A DNA stretch of 64,000 nt from an uncultured virus (IMG/VR IMGVR_UViG_3300025879_000018) (IMGVR_UViG_3300025879_000018); one strand, 5' to 3'; counted from the stretch's first letter, positions 49,753 through 58,448 are shown. Notes: a model not told the origin generated them from the sequence alone. Numbers and translations: made by a program.

Positions 49753-50237
49753 CAAGAGGTATGGAGCTAGAGGTATTAAGATTCAGTAGTCAAGAGGACA
49801 GCACCAATGGACTATTATTTGACGTTACAGGAGGAAAGAGAAGATTTCTGTGTTACACCCTTGAAGATGAATACAGAGAAGAAAAGGTTATGGCAGAGAC
49901 AAGAATCCCTGCTGGAACATATCGCATTACTCTTCGTACGACTGGAGGATTTCACGGAAGATATTTAAAGAAGTATGGGGAGATGCACAAAGGAATGTTA
50001 TGGGTACGTGATGTGCCTAATTTTGAGTATATCCTTATTCATACTGGTAATACTGATGAACACACTGCTGGGTGTCTCATTGTTGGTGATAGTCAACAAA
50101 CGAATTTTGGCGATAGCGATGGTTTTATTGGCTCGTCTGGTAATGCGTATAAAAGAATTTACCCTGCTATTGCTGAAGCGTTGGAGAAAGAGGAATCGGT
50201 AAGTATAACATATGTAGACTTTGATACGGTAGAATGA
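49749..50237 (+). CDS. putative endolysin, DUF5675-like
   Basis: CYTLED..ETRIPAGTY..ILIHTGNT..TAGCLIVG His/Cys motif; located in the lysis cassette. Confidence 0.75.
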   Translation: MTRGMELEVLRFSSQEDSTNGLLFDVTGGKRRFLCYTLEDEYREEKVMAETRIPAGTYRITLRTTGGFHGRYLKKYGEMHKGMLWVRDVPNFEYILIHTGNTDEHTAGCLIVGDSQQTNFGDSDGFIGSSGNAYKRIYPAIAEALEKEESVSITYVDFDTVE

Positions 50238-50659
50238 AATGGCTGGTAAAATTAACTCTCGTGCTGTCATTAACGAGTTGCAGCGCTCAATGGCACTTGA
50301 AGAAAGCGGTGCAAAAAGACCCATTAATTCTGGTAAAAGACACGTTGATTGTGAACGACACGGTTGTCAGCCCACCTGTGGCTATCACGGATACTGTGAT
50401 TATGAAGCAACACGATACTATTACTCTAGTAAAGGACAGACTGAGCGTGAAAATAGTAAAAGTGAACGACACGATTACTATAGACGCAATATGCGACTCG
50501 GATACGATTATTAGAGTTATAGAAGTTCCTTACGATAAAATCGTTTATGTTGAAAAAGAAAAACCACTACAGATTATACAGAGATATGCTTTGTATTTAC
50601 TTTTAGTCATTATTGGCATAAAGGTAATTCAACGTATAGCTGATAGGTATATTCTGTAA
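50234..50659 (+). CDS. putative unimolecular spanin
   Basis: Lipobox LTSC, beta-rich DT repeats and a C-terminal TM helix. Confidence 0.7.
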   Translation: MKWLVKLTLVLSLTSCSAQWHLKKAVQKDPLILVKDTLIVNDTVVSPPVAITDTVIMKQHDTITLVKDRLSVKIVKVNDTITIDAICDSDTIIRVIEVPYDKIVYVEKEKPLQIIQRYALYLLLVIIGIKVIQRIADRYIL

Positions 50660-50660
50660 T

Positions 50661-50774
50661 ATGGCAAAAAAGAAAAGGGAAAAGAGTACTAACGAGAAAC
50701 GTCAGTATTGCGACATAGCACCAAAAGAATGTGATGGTTCTTGTGGTTGTAGAAAAAGAAAAGGGGGCAATTAA
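50661..50774 (+). CDS. small basic Cys-rich peptide (37 aa; not in ORF track)
   Basis: MAKKKREKSTNEKRQYCDIAPKECDGSCGCRKRKGGN*; starts 1 nt after the spanin stop. Confidence 0.45.
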   Translation: MAKKKREKSTNEKRQYCDIAPKECDGSCGCRKRKGGN

Positions 50775-50782
50775 GCCCCCTT
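50751..50782 (-). terminator. terminator at the convergence of the two arms
   Basis: AAGGGGGC-aattaa-GCCCCCTT; the A-tract on the left gives a minus-strand U tract. Confidence 0.7.
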
Positions 50783-50861
50783 CCCAAACCAATGTAAACC
50801 AAGTGCTAGTCTTTCCTAGCAGTCAAGAAAAATTTGGAATATAACCTAATACACTTCAAAT

Positions 50862-51212
50862 CTAATATCTAAATCCATTAAATCCTATTATATGTAGAAA
50901 AGTTTCTACTAAATGGGCAATTCTTTTTGAGCGCGTGGCTATGACTATCCTGTACCCAGTTGTATTTCTTTTCTCTTTCGTTTTATGGGCGTTTATTCTT
51001 CTATTAAGATTGTAAGTCATACCTATGTAATTATGCTTAGGCAGATAGTAAACCACATACTTATCTCGTAGTTTTTTATTTGGCCCATGCTTATCATAGT
51101 CTTTCTTACAAGGTTTGCAATATCTAGCAGCTCCCGATTCTCTTCTGTTATCTCTGTGAAAATCAGATAGAGGTTTATCTAATTTGCATTTACTACAAAT
51201 CTGACGCTTCAT
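50862..51212 (-). CDS. Zn-ribbon plus GIY-YIG endonuclease-like protein
   Basis: CSKC..CKPC then YVVYYL..YIGMT.NL.RR..H; AT-rich. Confidence 0.65.
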   Translation of the reverse strand: MKRQICSKCKLDKPLSDFHRDNRRESGAARYCKPCKKDYDKHGPNKKLRDKYVVYYLPKHNYIGMTYNLNRRINAHKTKEKRNTTGYRIVIATRSKRIAHLVETFLHIIGFNGFRY

Positions 51213-51405
51213 CTGCTGCGCTTTGAATTAATTCTAATTCTTGACGAATATTTGTCAAGAACCTTTGTTTAATAGCTTTGATTTCATCTGGAGATGCCTT
51301 GGGTTCTCCTTCGTCAGTATGACAAGCTTCGTAAAGCTCATCTAACAGGTGGTGCGCATTTAAGCACGACAAGTTGTAAAGTTTAGATAATTCTTCTAGT
51401 GTCAT
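51193..51405 (-). CDS. hypothetical protein
   Basis: ORF coupled to its neighbours in the operon. Confidence 0.6.
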   Translation of the reverse strand: MTLEELSKLYNLSCLNAHHLLDELYEACHTDEGEPKASPDEIKAIKQRFLTNIRQELELIQSAADEASDL

Positions 51406-51812
51406 CTTGAGTTTAGGTATTTCATAATTTCATCTACTTGACCTTTGTTCTTTGGAATAAACAAAGCGTGGTCAGACATACCTGCACTCATTAAGTAACC
51501 CATAAACAGCTTCCACCTAAGCGGAAACGAATCGTTAGCTCTAACGAATCCTTTTGTCTCTATAAAGACTTTTTCTTTCGGTAAGTAAAAATCTGGCTTA
51601 TACTTAATAGGTAAAACTTTTTTACCTGTAGCATTCACTAGCTCCTTGTTTCTTGGAACAGACTTAAAGTAGTCGGAGGGGTATGTAAACCCCTCCACAA
51701 GGACAAACTCTTGCTCATAGTCAAATTTGTACTTATGTTGCTTAAGAGAATCACCGCAGTACTTCTCCAATCCGCTCCTGTATATACCAAAAGATTTTTT
51801 CTTCTTAGCCAC
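51402..51812 (-). CDS. T7 endonuclease I-like Holliday junction resolvase
   Basis: YRSGLE..YE..YKPDF..IETKG (PD-(D/E)xK). Confidence 0.8.
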   Translation of the reverse strand: MAKKKKSFGIYRSGLEKYCGDSLKQHKYKFDYEQEFVLVEGFTYPSDYFKSVPRNKELVNATGKKVLPIKYKPDFYLPKEKVFIETKGFVRANDSFPLRWKLFMGYLMSAGMSDHALFIPKNKGQVDEIMKYLNSR

Positions 51813-51872
51813 ATACCTAATTTAAGGGAAAAATGCAACATTTTTATTAATAATTTTTACATTTACTAACAA

Positions 51873-53696
51873 TTAGAAAGCGGTGTTTGGGTCAACTATC
51901 TGTGTCTGAATAACATCCACAGGATTATCTAGAATGCTTTTAAACAAAGGCTTTCCGTAAGCATCAGTAAATCCGCTTTGAGATAAATTCATTTGAAATC
52001 TCAATGGGTCATCAACACTACTAGGCTGTCCGCCTGTCTCTGTCTCACGTATTTTTCTGACGTGAAACTCTACTGTCCTGCGGTCAACTGGGTCATTTGC
52101 CTGCACTTTTCTATGCAGGGTCACAAAATCATCACTGCGGTTCACGAATTTGCCGCCTCCTTCAGTATCCTCCGCATAAGGAGCTACTGGCAGACCATCC
52201 GCTCCTTTTCTACGCTGGGCTTCAGTAACTGCGTGCATATTTAGCCACACTGCAATCTGATGGTTGTTTGCGAATGTCAAGAACTCAGACGATGCCTCAT
52301 AGTGATACTCGTGGGTTGATAGCCCACTGCGTTCACTCATATCAATACGCAACGAGTTGTAAGGGTCTATAAAGTAACCTTTGAATCCATCTTTAGCCAA
52401 CAGCTTTTCTCCAAATATGATAAGGTCATAGTAGCTGTATACCTGCTTGTTGCTAATCAATACAAAGTGTTCTGATACCCATTCGTAAACAATCTTACGC
52501 TGAGCATAAGACATATCCTTGAGAGGCATATTTGCAGCAAATGTCATCAGCTTCATTTTGATTGATGCTGTTCTGTTTTCTGAGGAATATATAATCCATT
52601 TCCATCCGTGACGAACTGCTGAGTTTACTATGAGGTATAGGGCGAATGTAGTCTTACCTACATTCGAGTGACCGTTGAGGATAGTAAAGTTAGGCTTGTA
52701 TCTCCAATACTCATCCAACAGTTTTGAACCTGTATCTAGTCCCAAGTCTATCTTTCCTTCAGCGTAATCACAAATCCATCTAAAGTCCTCATCATCTGAA
52801 GATACGAATGACATATCCCCATCGTTAATAAGCATCTCACGCTTAGCTTTATCCTCTTCATCTATGATTTCGTGGATAGGCATTTGCTTACCCTTTGATA
52901 AACCATCTGCGATGGTTGCCATAGGGTCATAATGAGAGTCGTAATCTCTCTTGGCGAATTCACGGAACAATACACGTACAACTTCATCCTCTTCCATACG
53001 ACCAGCAGAAATATATCCACCACATAGTATAGAAGCCTTGAGAAGCGTGTTGTGTCTATGACCATCTTCTGCCCTCCTAACCATACGAGCAGCAAGGTTA
53101 AGCTTCATATAGTCGGTGAAGACATAATCTTCGTTAACCTCAACCTTTGTAGCCTCGTGGTCTGTTATAAAGTTAGAGAAGACCTTAGCGTCCATCTGTA
53201 CAATCAGCTGAGGGTCGTAAGATTCAAAGCAAGCACGAGACAGATTCTTTCCTGTGCCATCTACCTCAAGACCATAGCTTCTTTCAAAGTACTTCTCTAA
53301 GGCTCTAAAGTGGTCTTCGTGCCTTTCTGTGTTACTTATTCGGACAAGGGCTTTAACTCCATTACCCGAAGGAGAAATCCAGCAAGAGAATATATAATCA
53401 TCGGTAGCTAAAGTTCTTTTTACTGAATCGACATCTACATTATCGAGGTCTATAACTATGAACCCAGAGTGTTCAAATATATCGTCATCTTTTCGGGACG
53501 AAAACGTACCCGAAAAAAGAACTACAGGAAGCTGTTTCTTTAATCCTTTATCTCCAGTAATTCGTAGTTGCTCAACAAGCTCTTGAGAGTTACCTCTCTT
53601 AATGTTTTTGATAGCATCCCCTAGAGATATGTATTCGGGGCTATCGGTCTCCCATATATTGTGGAAGCAGGTTACTTGGATTTCATTGGGGTTCAT
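51873..53696 (-). CDS. primase-helicase (BT4734/VirE-N-like N-terminus fused to a DnaB/SF4-like helicase)
   Basis: KKQLP..FSGTF..HSGFIVIDLD..SPSGNGVK..RACFESYD; Walker A GHSNVGKT; IDPYN. Confidence 0.85.
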   Translation of the reverse strand: MNPNEIQVTCFHNIWETDSPEYISLGDAIKNIKRGNSQELVEQLRITGDKGLKKQLPVVLFSGTFSSRKDDDIFEHSGFIVIDLDNVDVDSVKRTLATDDYIFSCWISPSGNGVKALVRISNTERHEDHFRALEKYFERSYGLEVDGTGKNLSRACFESYDPQLIVQMDAKVFSNFITDHEATKVEVNEDYVFTDYMKLNLAARMVRRAEDGHRHNTLLKASILCGGYISAGRMEEDEVVRVLFREFAKRDYDSHYDPMATIADGLSKGKQMPIHEIIDEEDKAKREMLINDGDMSFVSSDDEDFRWICDYAEGKIDLGLDTGSKLLDEYWRYKPNFTILNGHSNVGKTTFALYLIVNSAVRHGWKWIIYSSENRTASIKMKLMTFAANMPLKDMSYAQRKIVYEWVSEHFVLISNKQVYSYYDLIIFGEKLLAKDGFKGYFIDPYNSLRIDMSERSGLSTHEYHYEASSEFLTFANNHQIAVWLNMHAVTEAQRRKGADGLPVAPYAEDTEGGGKFVNRSDDFVTLHRKVQANDPVDRRTVEFHVRKIRETETGGQPSSVDDPLRFQMNLSQSGFTDAYGKPLFKSILDNPVDVIQTQIVDPNTAF

Positions 53697-53710
53697 ATTG
53701 GTTTATTTAA

Positions 53711-54058
53711 TTAAGTTCTTGTTTGATGGTATCCACTGTGATTAAATCCCTCGACTTCTAAAATGGTTTCTTGCCATTCTCTTAGATGAGGCTCTTCTTT
53801 CTCATCATCGAGTGCAATCTTAAGTAAAATTAAATAACCAATCAAGTCCTTGACGTTATCTTCTCCATATCCACGAAAACCTTGAGTCTTTATACGCATA
53901 AGCTTGTCATCAATCCTTGCGCATAAATTTTCAACAGCATCCCCATTAGCAAAAACATTTGCTGGCTCAAGAGCTGAATCTCCGTAGCTCTCATTCTTTT
54001 CGATTAGCAAATCAATAACCTCTTGACCTACTCTTCTAATCTTCTCCTGTGTCGTCAT
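53711..54058 (-). CDS. DUF1599-like nucleotide-modification-associated protein
   Basis: KNESYGDS..RIDDKLMRI..DLIGYLIL. Confidence 0.7.
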   Translation of the reverse strand: MTTQEKIRRVGQEVIDLLIEKNESYGDSALEPANVFANGDAVENLCARIDDKLMRIKTQGFRGYGEDNVKDLIGYLILLKIALDDEKEEPHLREWQETILEVEGFNHSGYHQTRT

Positions 54059-54536
54059 ATTTAATTAAATTATAAGATTTACAATTTTGTATATCTGAAA
54101 GATAAATCTTGGATAAAACATCTTTTCTATTTGCTCTCTGATAAAGTTTTAAATAGCAATTGTATTTGTCAGTAAAAACTGGTTCTATTATATTTTTGCA
54201 AACATCCAACAGTTCTTTTCTGTCGACCATACAAAAACCTCCAAGCTCTTTCATTTCAAAGGCTATAAACTCTGCTTCTCCATACATCCATCCTAAATTA
54301 CCGTGTACGTTTTTAAACTCAATCCAAATTAGATTTGGGTTGTTTCCTCCTTTAACGTCTACTGACGTCTTAGTTCCATCTGGTCTAGTTATATAGAAAT
54401 CTATGTGTTTATATATATCTACATTACTAGGTGTTTTAACAGTGGTGTATCCAATAGATTTACAGGATAAAACAAAAAGCTCCTCTGTTATTTTACCTTT
54501 AGACCAAGAATCCCGATATCTTTCTTTGCTTACCAT
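54036..54536 (-). CDS. PD-(D/E)xK nuclease-like protein
   Basis: GKITEE..HIDF..VDVKG..WIEF..GW; AT-rich. Confidence 0.6.
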   Translation of the reverse strand: MVSKERYRDSWSKGKITEELFVLSCKSIGYTTVKTPSNVDIYKHIDFYITRPDGTKTSVDVKGGNNPNLIWIEFKNVHGNLGWMYGEAEFIAFEMKELGGFCMVDRKELLDVCKNIIEPVFTDKYNCYLKLYQRANRKDVLSKIYLSDIQNCKSYNLIKYDDTGED

Positions 54537-54784
54537 TTATAATCTTCTACCCATAAGGGTGTTTTCTCTCCCATCATCGCACCGAAGATGTTGAACTCAG
54601 CAAACTCTATTGCCTCATCAGCACCCATACCATCACGCTTCATAAGTATGTCAACTACTAGGTTACGAGAGTAAACTACCTTCCAGAGGTTAGGTTCAAA
54701 TCCTATGATGGCTTTGTCTAAGCCATCCGCAAACATTACATCTTCAGTGTATGCGAAGTCTTCTTCTATTCTTTCCCTTAGCAT
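54530..54784 (-). CDS. conserved-type phage hypothetical protein
   Basis: ADGLDKAIIG..EAIEFAEFNI..GEKTP. Confidence 0.7.
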   Translation of the reverse strand: MLRERIEEDFAYTEDVMFADGLDKAIIGFEPNLWKVVYSRNLVVDILMKRDGMGADEAIEFAEFNIFGAMMGEKTPLWVEDYKW

Positions 54785-54787
54785 CTC

Positions 54788-55087
54788 TTAGTCTTTTATA
54801 AAAACACCATCAACAGTCTTGCCTGTTCTTTTTGAAATCACTGCGTATGCTTTAGCTAGACATATAACTGGGTCTATACCTAGCTGTTCCGACAGAATAA
54901 TAAGTGTAACCAAGGTATCACCCATTGCATCTTCAATCTCTGGCATATCGTTCTTAGCGATACCGCTAGATAGTTCACCTACTTCCTCGATTACTTTAAG
55001 GAATTGTTTACTTACGTTTCCTGCCACCAACAAATCTTTGTTGTCTGCCCATACTTTTACTAATTGCTGTAGTTGTTCAAATTTCAT
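54788..55087 (-). CDS. MazG-like nucleotide pyrophosphohydrolase
   Basis: KVIEEVGEL..IEDAMGD (EExxE..ExxxxD). Confidence 0.85.
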   Translation of the reverse strand: MKFEQLQQLVKVWADNKDLLVAGNVSKQFLKVIEEVGELSSGIAKNDMPEIEDAMGDTLVTLIILSEQLGIDPVICLAKAYAVISKRTGKTVDGVFIKD

Positions 55088-55155
55088 ATCAATCTTTTTC
55101 TATTCCGTTATCTTCTTTGTCTCGGTTGCATAATGCTATTATGTCTTTCATCTCT

Positions 55156-55329
55156 TTATTTTATTACTCGTTTTGATACCGTGTCAAAGATTTGATAATC
55201 CTCGTAATGTTCTCTTAATCCTCTAATACGGTCTTTAGCCTCTTCTAGTGTGTCAAAACTATCAATCATATCATCCATACCTCCTTGTGGGTAGTAAACG
55301 TAAAATGCAAATAGTAAATACCGTTTCAT
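55156..55329 (-). CDS. small hypothetical protein (57 aa; not in ORF track)
   Basis: MKRYLLFAFYVYYPQGGMDDMIDSFDTLEEAK...VIK*. Confidence 0.65.
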   Translation of the reverse strand: MKRYLLFAFYVYYPQGGMDDMIDSFDTLEEAKDRIRGLREHYEDYQIFDTVSKRVIK

Positions 55330-55331
55330 CT

Positions 55332-55547
55332 CTATTCTTTGTTAAATCTTTTCATCCATTGCCCATAGGCACTATCGGGATGTATCTCTTCTTTATACTT
55401 CTCTGCTGCTTTCAGCAAAGCCTCGTTCGGCTCTTGGTTAATCACATCTGTCTTCTCAAGCGTATCCTTCAGTATCACATTCCAAGCATACTTATCCTTG
55501 TCTGCTTCCCATAGCTTCTCGTACATCTCCAGTAGTATCTCTCTCAT
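55332..55547 (-). CDS. hypothetical protein, paralog A (start revised to MREILLEM)
   Basis: Begins at the junction motif; first 32 codons duplicated at 56191-56286. Confidence 0.65.
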   Translation of the reverse strand: MREILLEMYEKLWEADKDKYAWNVILKDTLEKTDVINQEPNEALLKAAEKYKEEIHPDSAYGQWMKRFNKE

Positions 55548-55692
55548 TTCTCTTGGTGTTAAAGATTTCTTCATAAACTTCATTGAGTAACATCGCCCAA
55601 ATCTGCATCTCCTCTTTTTCAGTTACTATTGGAGTATACTCACATCTCTCAAGTTTTTCTGCTACTTGGTTTAATAATTCTAATCTTGTCAT
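55492..55692 (-). CDS. hypothetical protein; C-terminus probably extended by a 1-nt deletion in the junction motif
   Basis: Reads FNTKRNER.. where sister junctions read FNTKEK*. Confidence 0.55.
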   Translation of the reverse strand: MTRLELLNQVAEKLERCEYTPIVTEKEEMQIWAMLLNEVYEEIFNTKRNERDTTGDVREAMGSRQG

Positions 55693-56114
55693 CTCTCTTT
55701 GGTTTTAAAGGTTTTTGTTTGCTGCACCATATGCAAAGCAAGTGTCATAAACTGCTTCACCTGTTCTTCATTTGGAAGGTTACTATCCCATTGAATATAA
55801 CGGATGTGTTCAAATGTATCACACCCACTGCAACTGCCATAATATACCTCAGTAAATATATAGTCGGTTAGTGAGGGCTGATAAGAGCTACTGCAAAGTA
55901 TAAATATCTGAGTACCTTGATAGTCTCCATCATCAATGCATTTGTATCTATCCCAATCCCATTCTTTATAACCATAGCTTTCTAATGGTTCAGTAACTAC
56001 CAAACCAAACAGCTTCTTGTAAATCTGCTCATAAGACTCAGGCATATTATTCGTTAGCCATTCCTCAAGAAGGTGCTTGCGCTCTTCCCATTGTTTTACA
56101 AATTCTAAAATCAT
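55689..56114 (-). CDS. hypothetical protein with a YGSCSGCD motif
   Basis: GDYQG..YGSCSGCDT; ends TFKTKER*. Confidence 0.7.
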   Translation of the reverse strand: MILEFVKQWEERKHLLEEWLTNNMPESYEQIYKKLFGLVVTEPLESYGYKEWDWDRYKCIDDGDYQGTQIFILCSSSYQPSLTDYIFTEVYYGSCSGCDTFEHIRYIQWDSNLPNEEQVKQFMTLALHMVQQTKTFKTKER

Positions 56115-56160
56115 TTCTCTTTTGTGTTAAAGGTTAATGTTCATTTAAAGACACAAAACC

Positions 56161-56286
56161 CTATTGTTCTGTATCATCTTTGGTCTCTAATTTCTCAAGC
56201 GTGTCCTTCAGTATCACATTCCAAGCCCACTTGTCTTTGTCAGCGTTCCAAAGTTGCTCGTACATCTCCAGTAATATTTCTCTCAT
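56161..56286 (-). CDS. hypothetical protein, paralog B (41 aa; not in ORF track)
   Basis: MREILLEMYEQLWNADKDKWAWNVILKDTLEKLETKDDTEQ*. Confidence 0.55.
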   Translation of the reverse strand: MREILLEMYEQLWNADKDKWAWNVILKDTLEKLETKDDTEQ

Positions 56287-56307
56287 TTTTCTTTTGTGTT
56301 TAAGGTT

Positions 56308-56437
56308 TGCGCCTACTTTTATATGTGTGCGCCTATAATTGTAAGGTTATACCCTTACTTTGTGTACCATATCGTCAACTTATACCCTTACTTTGTGACA
56401 ATTTAAGGTTCATCGTTGTGAGGATTTGCGCTCACAA
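56308..56437. repeat. cluster of short direct and inverted repeats
   Basis: ttatacccttactttgtg twice (56347, 56380); tgcgccta twice; ttgtgag-N8-ctcacaa. Confidence 0.8.
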
Positions 56438-56540
56438 TACCTTGCCCACATCTTCGCTACCCAAGCCCTTCTCTGTTGCTTGTTTGGGTACACTTTCTTT
56501 AGTCTCGCATTTGCAATGCGTAGGAATTGATTCATCCTGT

Positions 56541-57122
56541 TCATATTAAATTCTTTACTCTTGCTAATTCTTTTTCTAACTTTTTATTTCTATCGTGTAT
56601 ATCACGATTGTGCTTCTTTAGAAAGTCGTTCTCAAGCTTTATTCTATGAGGGTTTTCTAATCCGTCTACCTCATCTTTTAGCTTGTTGTAGTCCACTATC
56701 TTTCTTCTGAGCTTAGAGGATACTTCTATGAGCCTGCTTCTAAGAACATTTAGCTCAAATATCTCGTCCACCTCTCTTTGCATACCACCCTTATCAAGAA
56801 TTACCTGTAGGTTGTTTTTGATTTCGCTGTATATCTTATGATACGATGGGAGATAGTTGAGATTTGACTCGTGATTACGAACAGCGTGTAAAACCGTTGC
56901 GTGGTCTTTATTTATTATACCTCCAATCGTAGCATAAGCAAATCCTGTAACATCTCTACAAGCAACAAAGAATGCGTGCTTTATCGCTATGTTTGGTCTC
57001 TGCCTGTTGTCTTGGAATTGATATTTTTTAGAATAATCTTTCCAAAATTGCAATACAGCAACATACTCATTTGATACAGCTGCAAAATGCTTATAGTTAA
57101 TTCTATTTACTTGTTTATTCAT
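56541..57122 (-). CDS. DnaA domain-IV-like HTH protein with a coiled coil
   Basis: TIGGIINKDHATVLHAVR matches the DnaA C-terminal (R/K)DHxTVxHA signature. Confidence 0.7.
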   Translation of the reverse strand: MNKQVNRINYKHFAAVSNEYVAVLQFWKDYSKKYQFQDNRQRPNIAIKHAFFVACRDVTGFAYATIGGIINKDHATVLHAVRNHESNLNYLPSYHKIYSEIKNNLQVILDKGGMQREVDEIFELNVLRSRLIEVSSKLRRKIVDYNKLKDEVDGLENPHRIKLENDFLKKHNRDIHDRNKKLEKELARVKNLI

Positions 57123-57384
57123 TATGTATATCCTCCAATGTTGACTGAATAATTTTGTCTACACCTCTTTGTATCTGCATCATAAGGAATTCATCAGTCT
57201 TTCCGATTTGCTCTATATGAGGACTGACAAACCTCTCTAACTTTTTTTCTAAGTTGTTCATTAGCTGCTTAACGTCTCTTTTGTATATAGCAGTTCCCTT
57301 GAGTTCATCCATCTGCTCAAGTGTTGCTTGCATAAGCAGTATAAGTTTAACTGCCTTTCTGAATCTGATTATGTCTTCCTCCAT
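57115..57384 (-). CDS. hypothetical protein
   Basis: ORF in the operon. Confidence 0.65.
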   Translation of the reverse strand: MEEDIIRFRKAVKLILLMQATLEQMDELKGTAIYKRDVKQLMNNLEKKLERFVSPHIEQIGKTDEFLMMQIQRGVDKIIQSTLEDIHNE

Positions 57385-57518
57385 TGTATTTAATTAGTTC
57401 TATCACATTCCACCAATAATCTTTCTCTTTGTATGGTGCTAGTTCTAAGCACTGAGTCGCTTGTAGTATAGCCTCTGACTCGTTGTATTTATTAAGAAAA
57501 TACAGAGCTTTGGCAGAA

Positions 57519-57725
57519 CTAGTCATCTAAAGAATCTTTTATAAGCCTACCAATCTTCTCCTCATCCAAGTGCTGAATCTTTCGCAGCTTTTGTCGCTCT
57601 TTAACCTTTGCTCTTTCGTAATCAGATTTAGAACAATCTGTACCTAAGTTTTGGAACAGATTTGCGTTCTGCTCAAGGACACAGTCTATGACCTTCTTGT
57701 GTTCGGGGTTGTTGTGGTAAGCCAT
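57519..57725 (-). CDS. hypothetical protein
   Basis: NANLFQNLGTD; ORF in the operon. Confidence 0.65.
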   Translation of the reverse strand: MAYHNNPEHKKVIDCVLEQNANLFQNLGTDCSKSDYERAKVKERQKLRKIQHLDEEKIGRLIKDSLDD

Positions 57726-57729
57726 ATTA

Positions 57730-57924
57730 TTAAAATTTAAGTAATCGTAATCTTCTTTCGTATTTTCTAATTAGATTTCCCATACTATCTAGGCGCTTAT
57801 CAACTCCGTTGTGAAACCCAGTAGCTGAAGAACTAACAACAGTGTTTATAATATCCCAGTGCAAGTCAGAGATATATCTCTTAGTGTAACGCAGATGCAT
57901 CTGCTTTCTTAAATACTTTTTCAT
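57730..57924 (-). CDS. hypothetical protein
   Basis: ORF in the operon. Confidence 0.6.
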   Translation of the reverse strand: MKKYLRKQMHLRYTKRYISDLHWDIINTVVSSSATGFHNGVDKRLDSMGNLIRKYERRLRLLKF

Positions 57925-58219
57925 CGTGCTTTTTTGATAACATTCTTAGTCTTATTGATTGAGCAACTCTAAAGTTTTCGTTGTAGTCAAACTGGGTCAA
58001 CAGCTTCTCGTTATGCTTTTTAGAGGCATAACGAATGTTATTCGTGTCTTTTATAGAGAACAGGTCTCTCAAGTCATACATAGAAGCTTCTTCAATGAAA
58101 GCGTTAATGAATGCCTGTCTCTTGTTTGTGTTAACTCTGTCTGACTTGTCATCGATACTACCAACTACATTGGTGTATCGCTCTAGTGCGTACTCAAGGT
58201 CTTTAATCTTGAACTCCAT
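57881..58219 (-). CDS. hypothetical protein (possibly a degenerate DnaA-IV-like HTH)
   Basis: Weak resemblance in layout to 56541-57122. Confidence 0.55.
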   Translation of the reverse strand: MEFKIKDLEYALERYTNVVGSIDDKSDRVNTNKRQAFINAFIEEASMYDLRDLFSIKDTNNIRYASKKHNEKLLTQFDYNENFRVAQSIRLRMLSKKHDEKVFKKADASALH

Positions 58220-58448
58220 ATCCGATTAGTTTTTTATCTAAAATCTTTAGTATTAAAATATCTCCTTGTTTAGATTTACCATATACAGCATCCTTAACTC
58301 TGTTAACTGTAATAGGTCTGCGGTTTAGGTCTGCAACATTTTCTCCCTTACTAACGATTTCAATCTCTCGTCTCATTGTCGATTTTCCCTTTTTGTAGCT
58401 TACTAATAGCTTCATCAGATAAATCGGCATCGTCCAGTTTGTTGACAC
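58203..58448 (-). CDS. hypothetical protein
   Basis: ORF in the operon; start uncertain. Confidence 0.5.
   Translation of the reverse strand: MSTNWTMPIYLMKLLVSYKKGKSTMRREIEIVSKGENVADLNRRPITVNRVKDAVYGKSKQGDILILKILDKKLIGYGVQD

Noticed and set aside
50239..50514. Nested o-spanin in an alternate frame
   Set aside because: No signal peptide or lipobox; the host ORF already has both a lipobox and a C-terminal TM
56340..56400. Mini-CRISPR array
   Set aside because: Only two 18-bp repeats with a 15-bp spacer, and no cas genes
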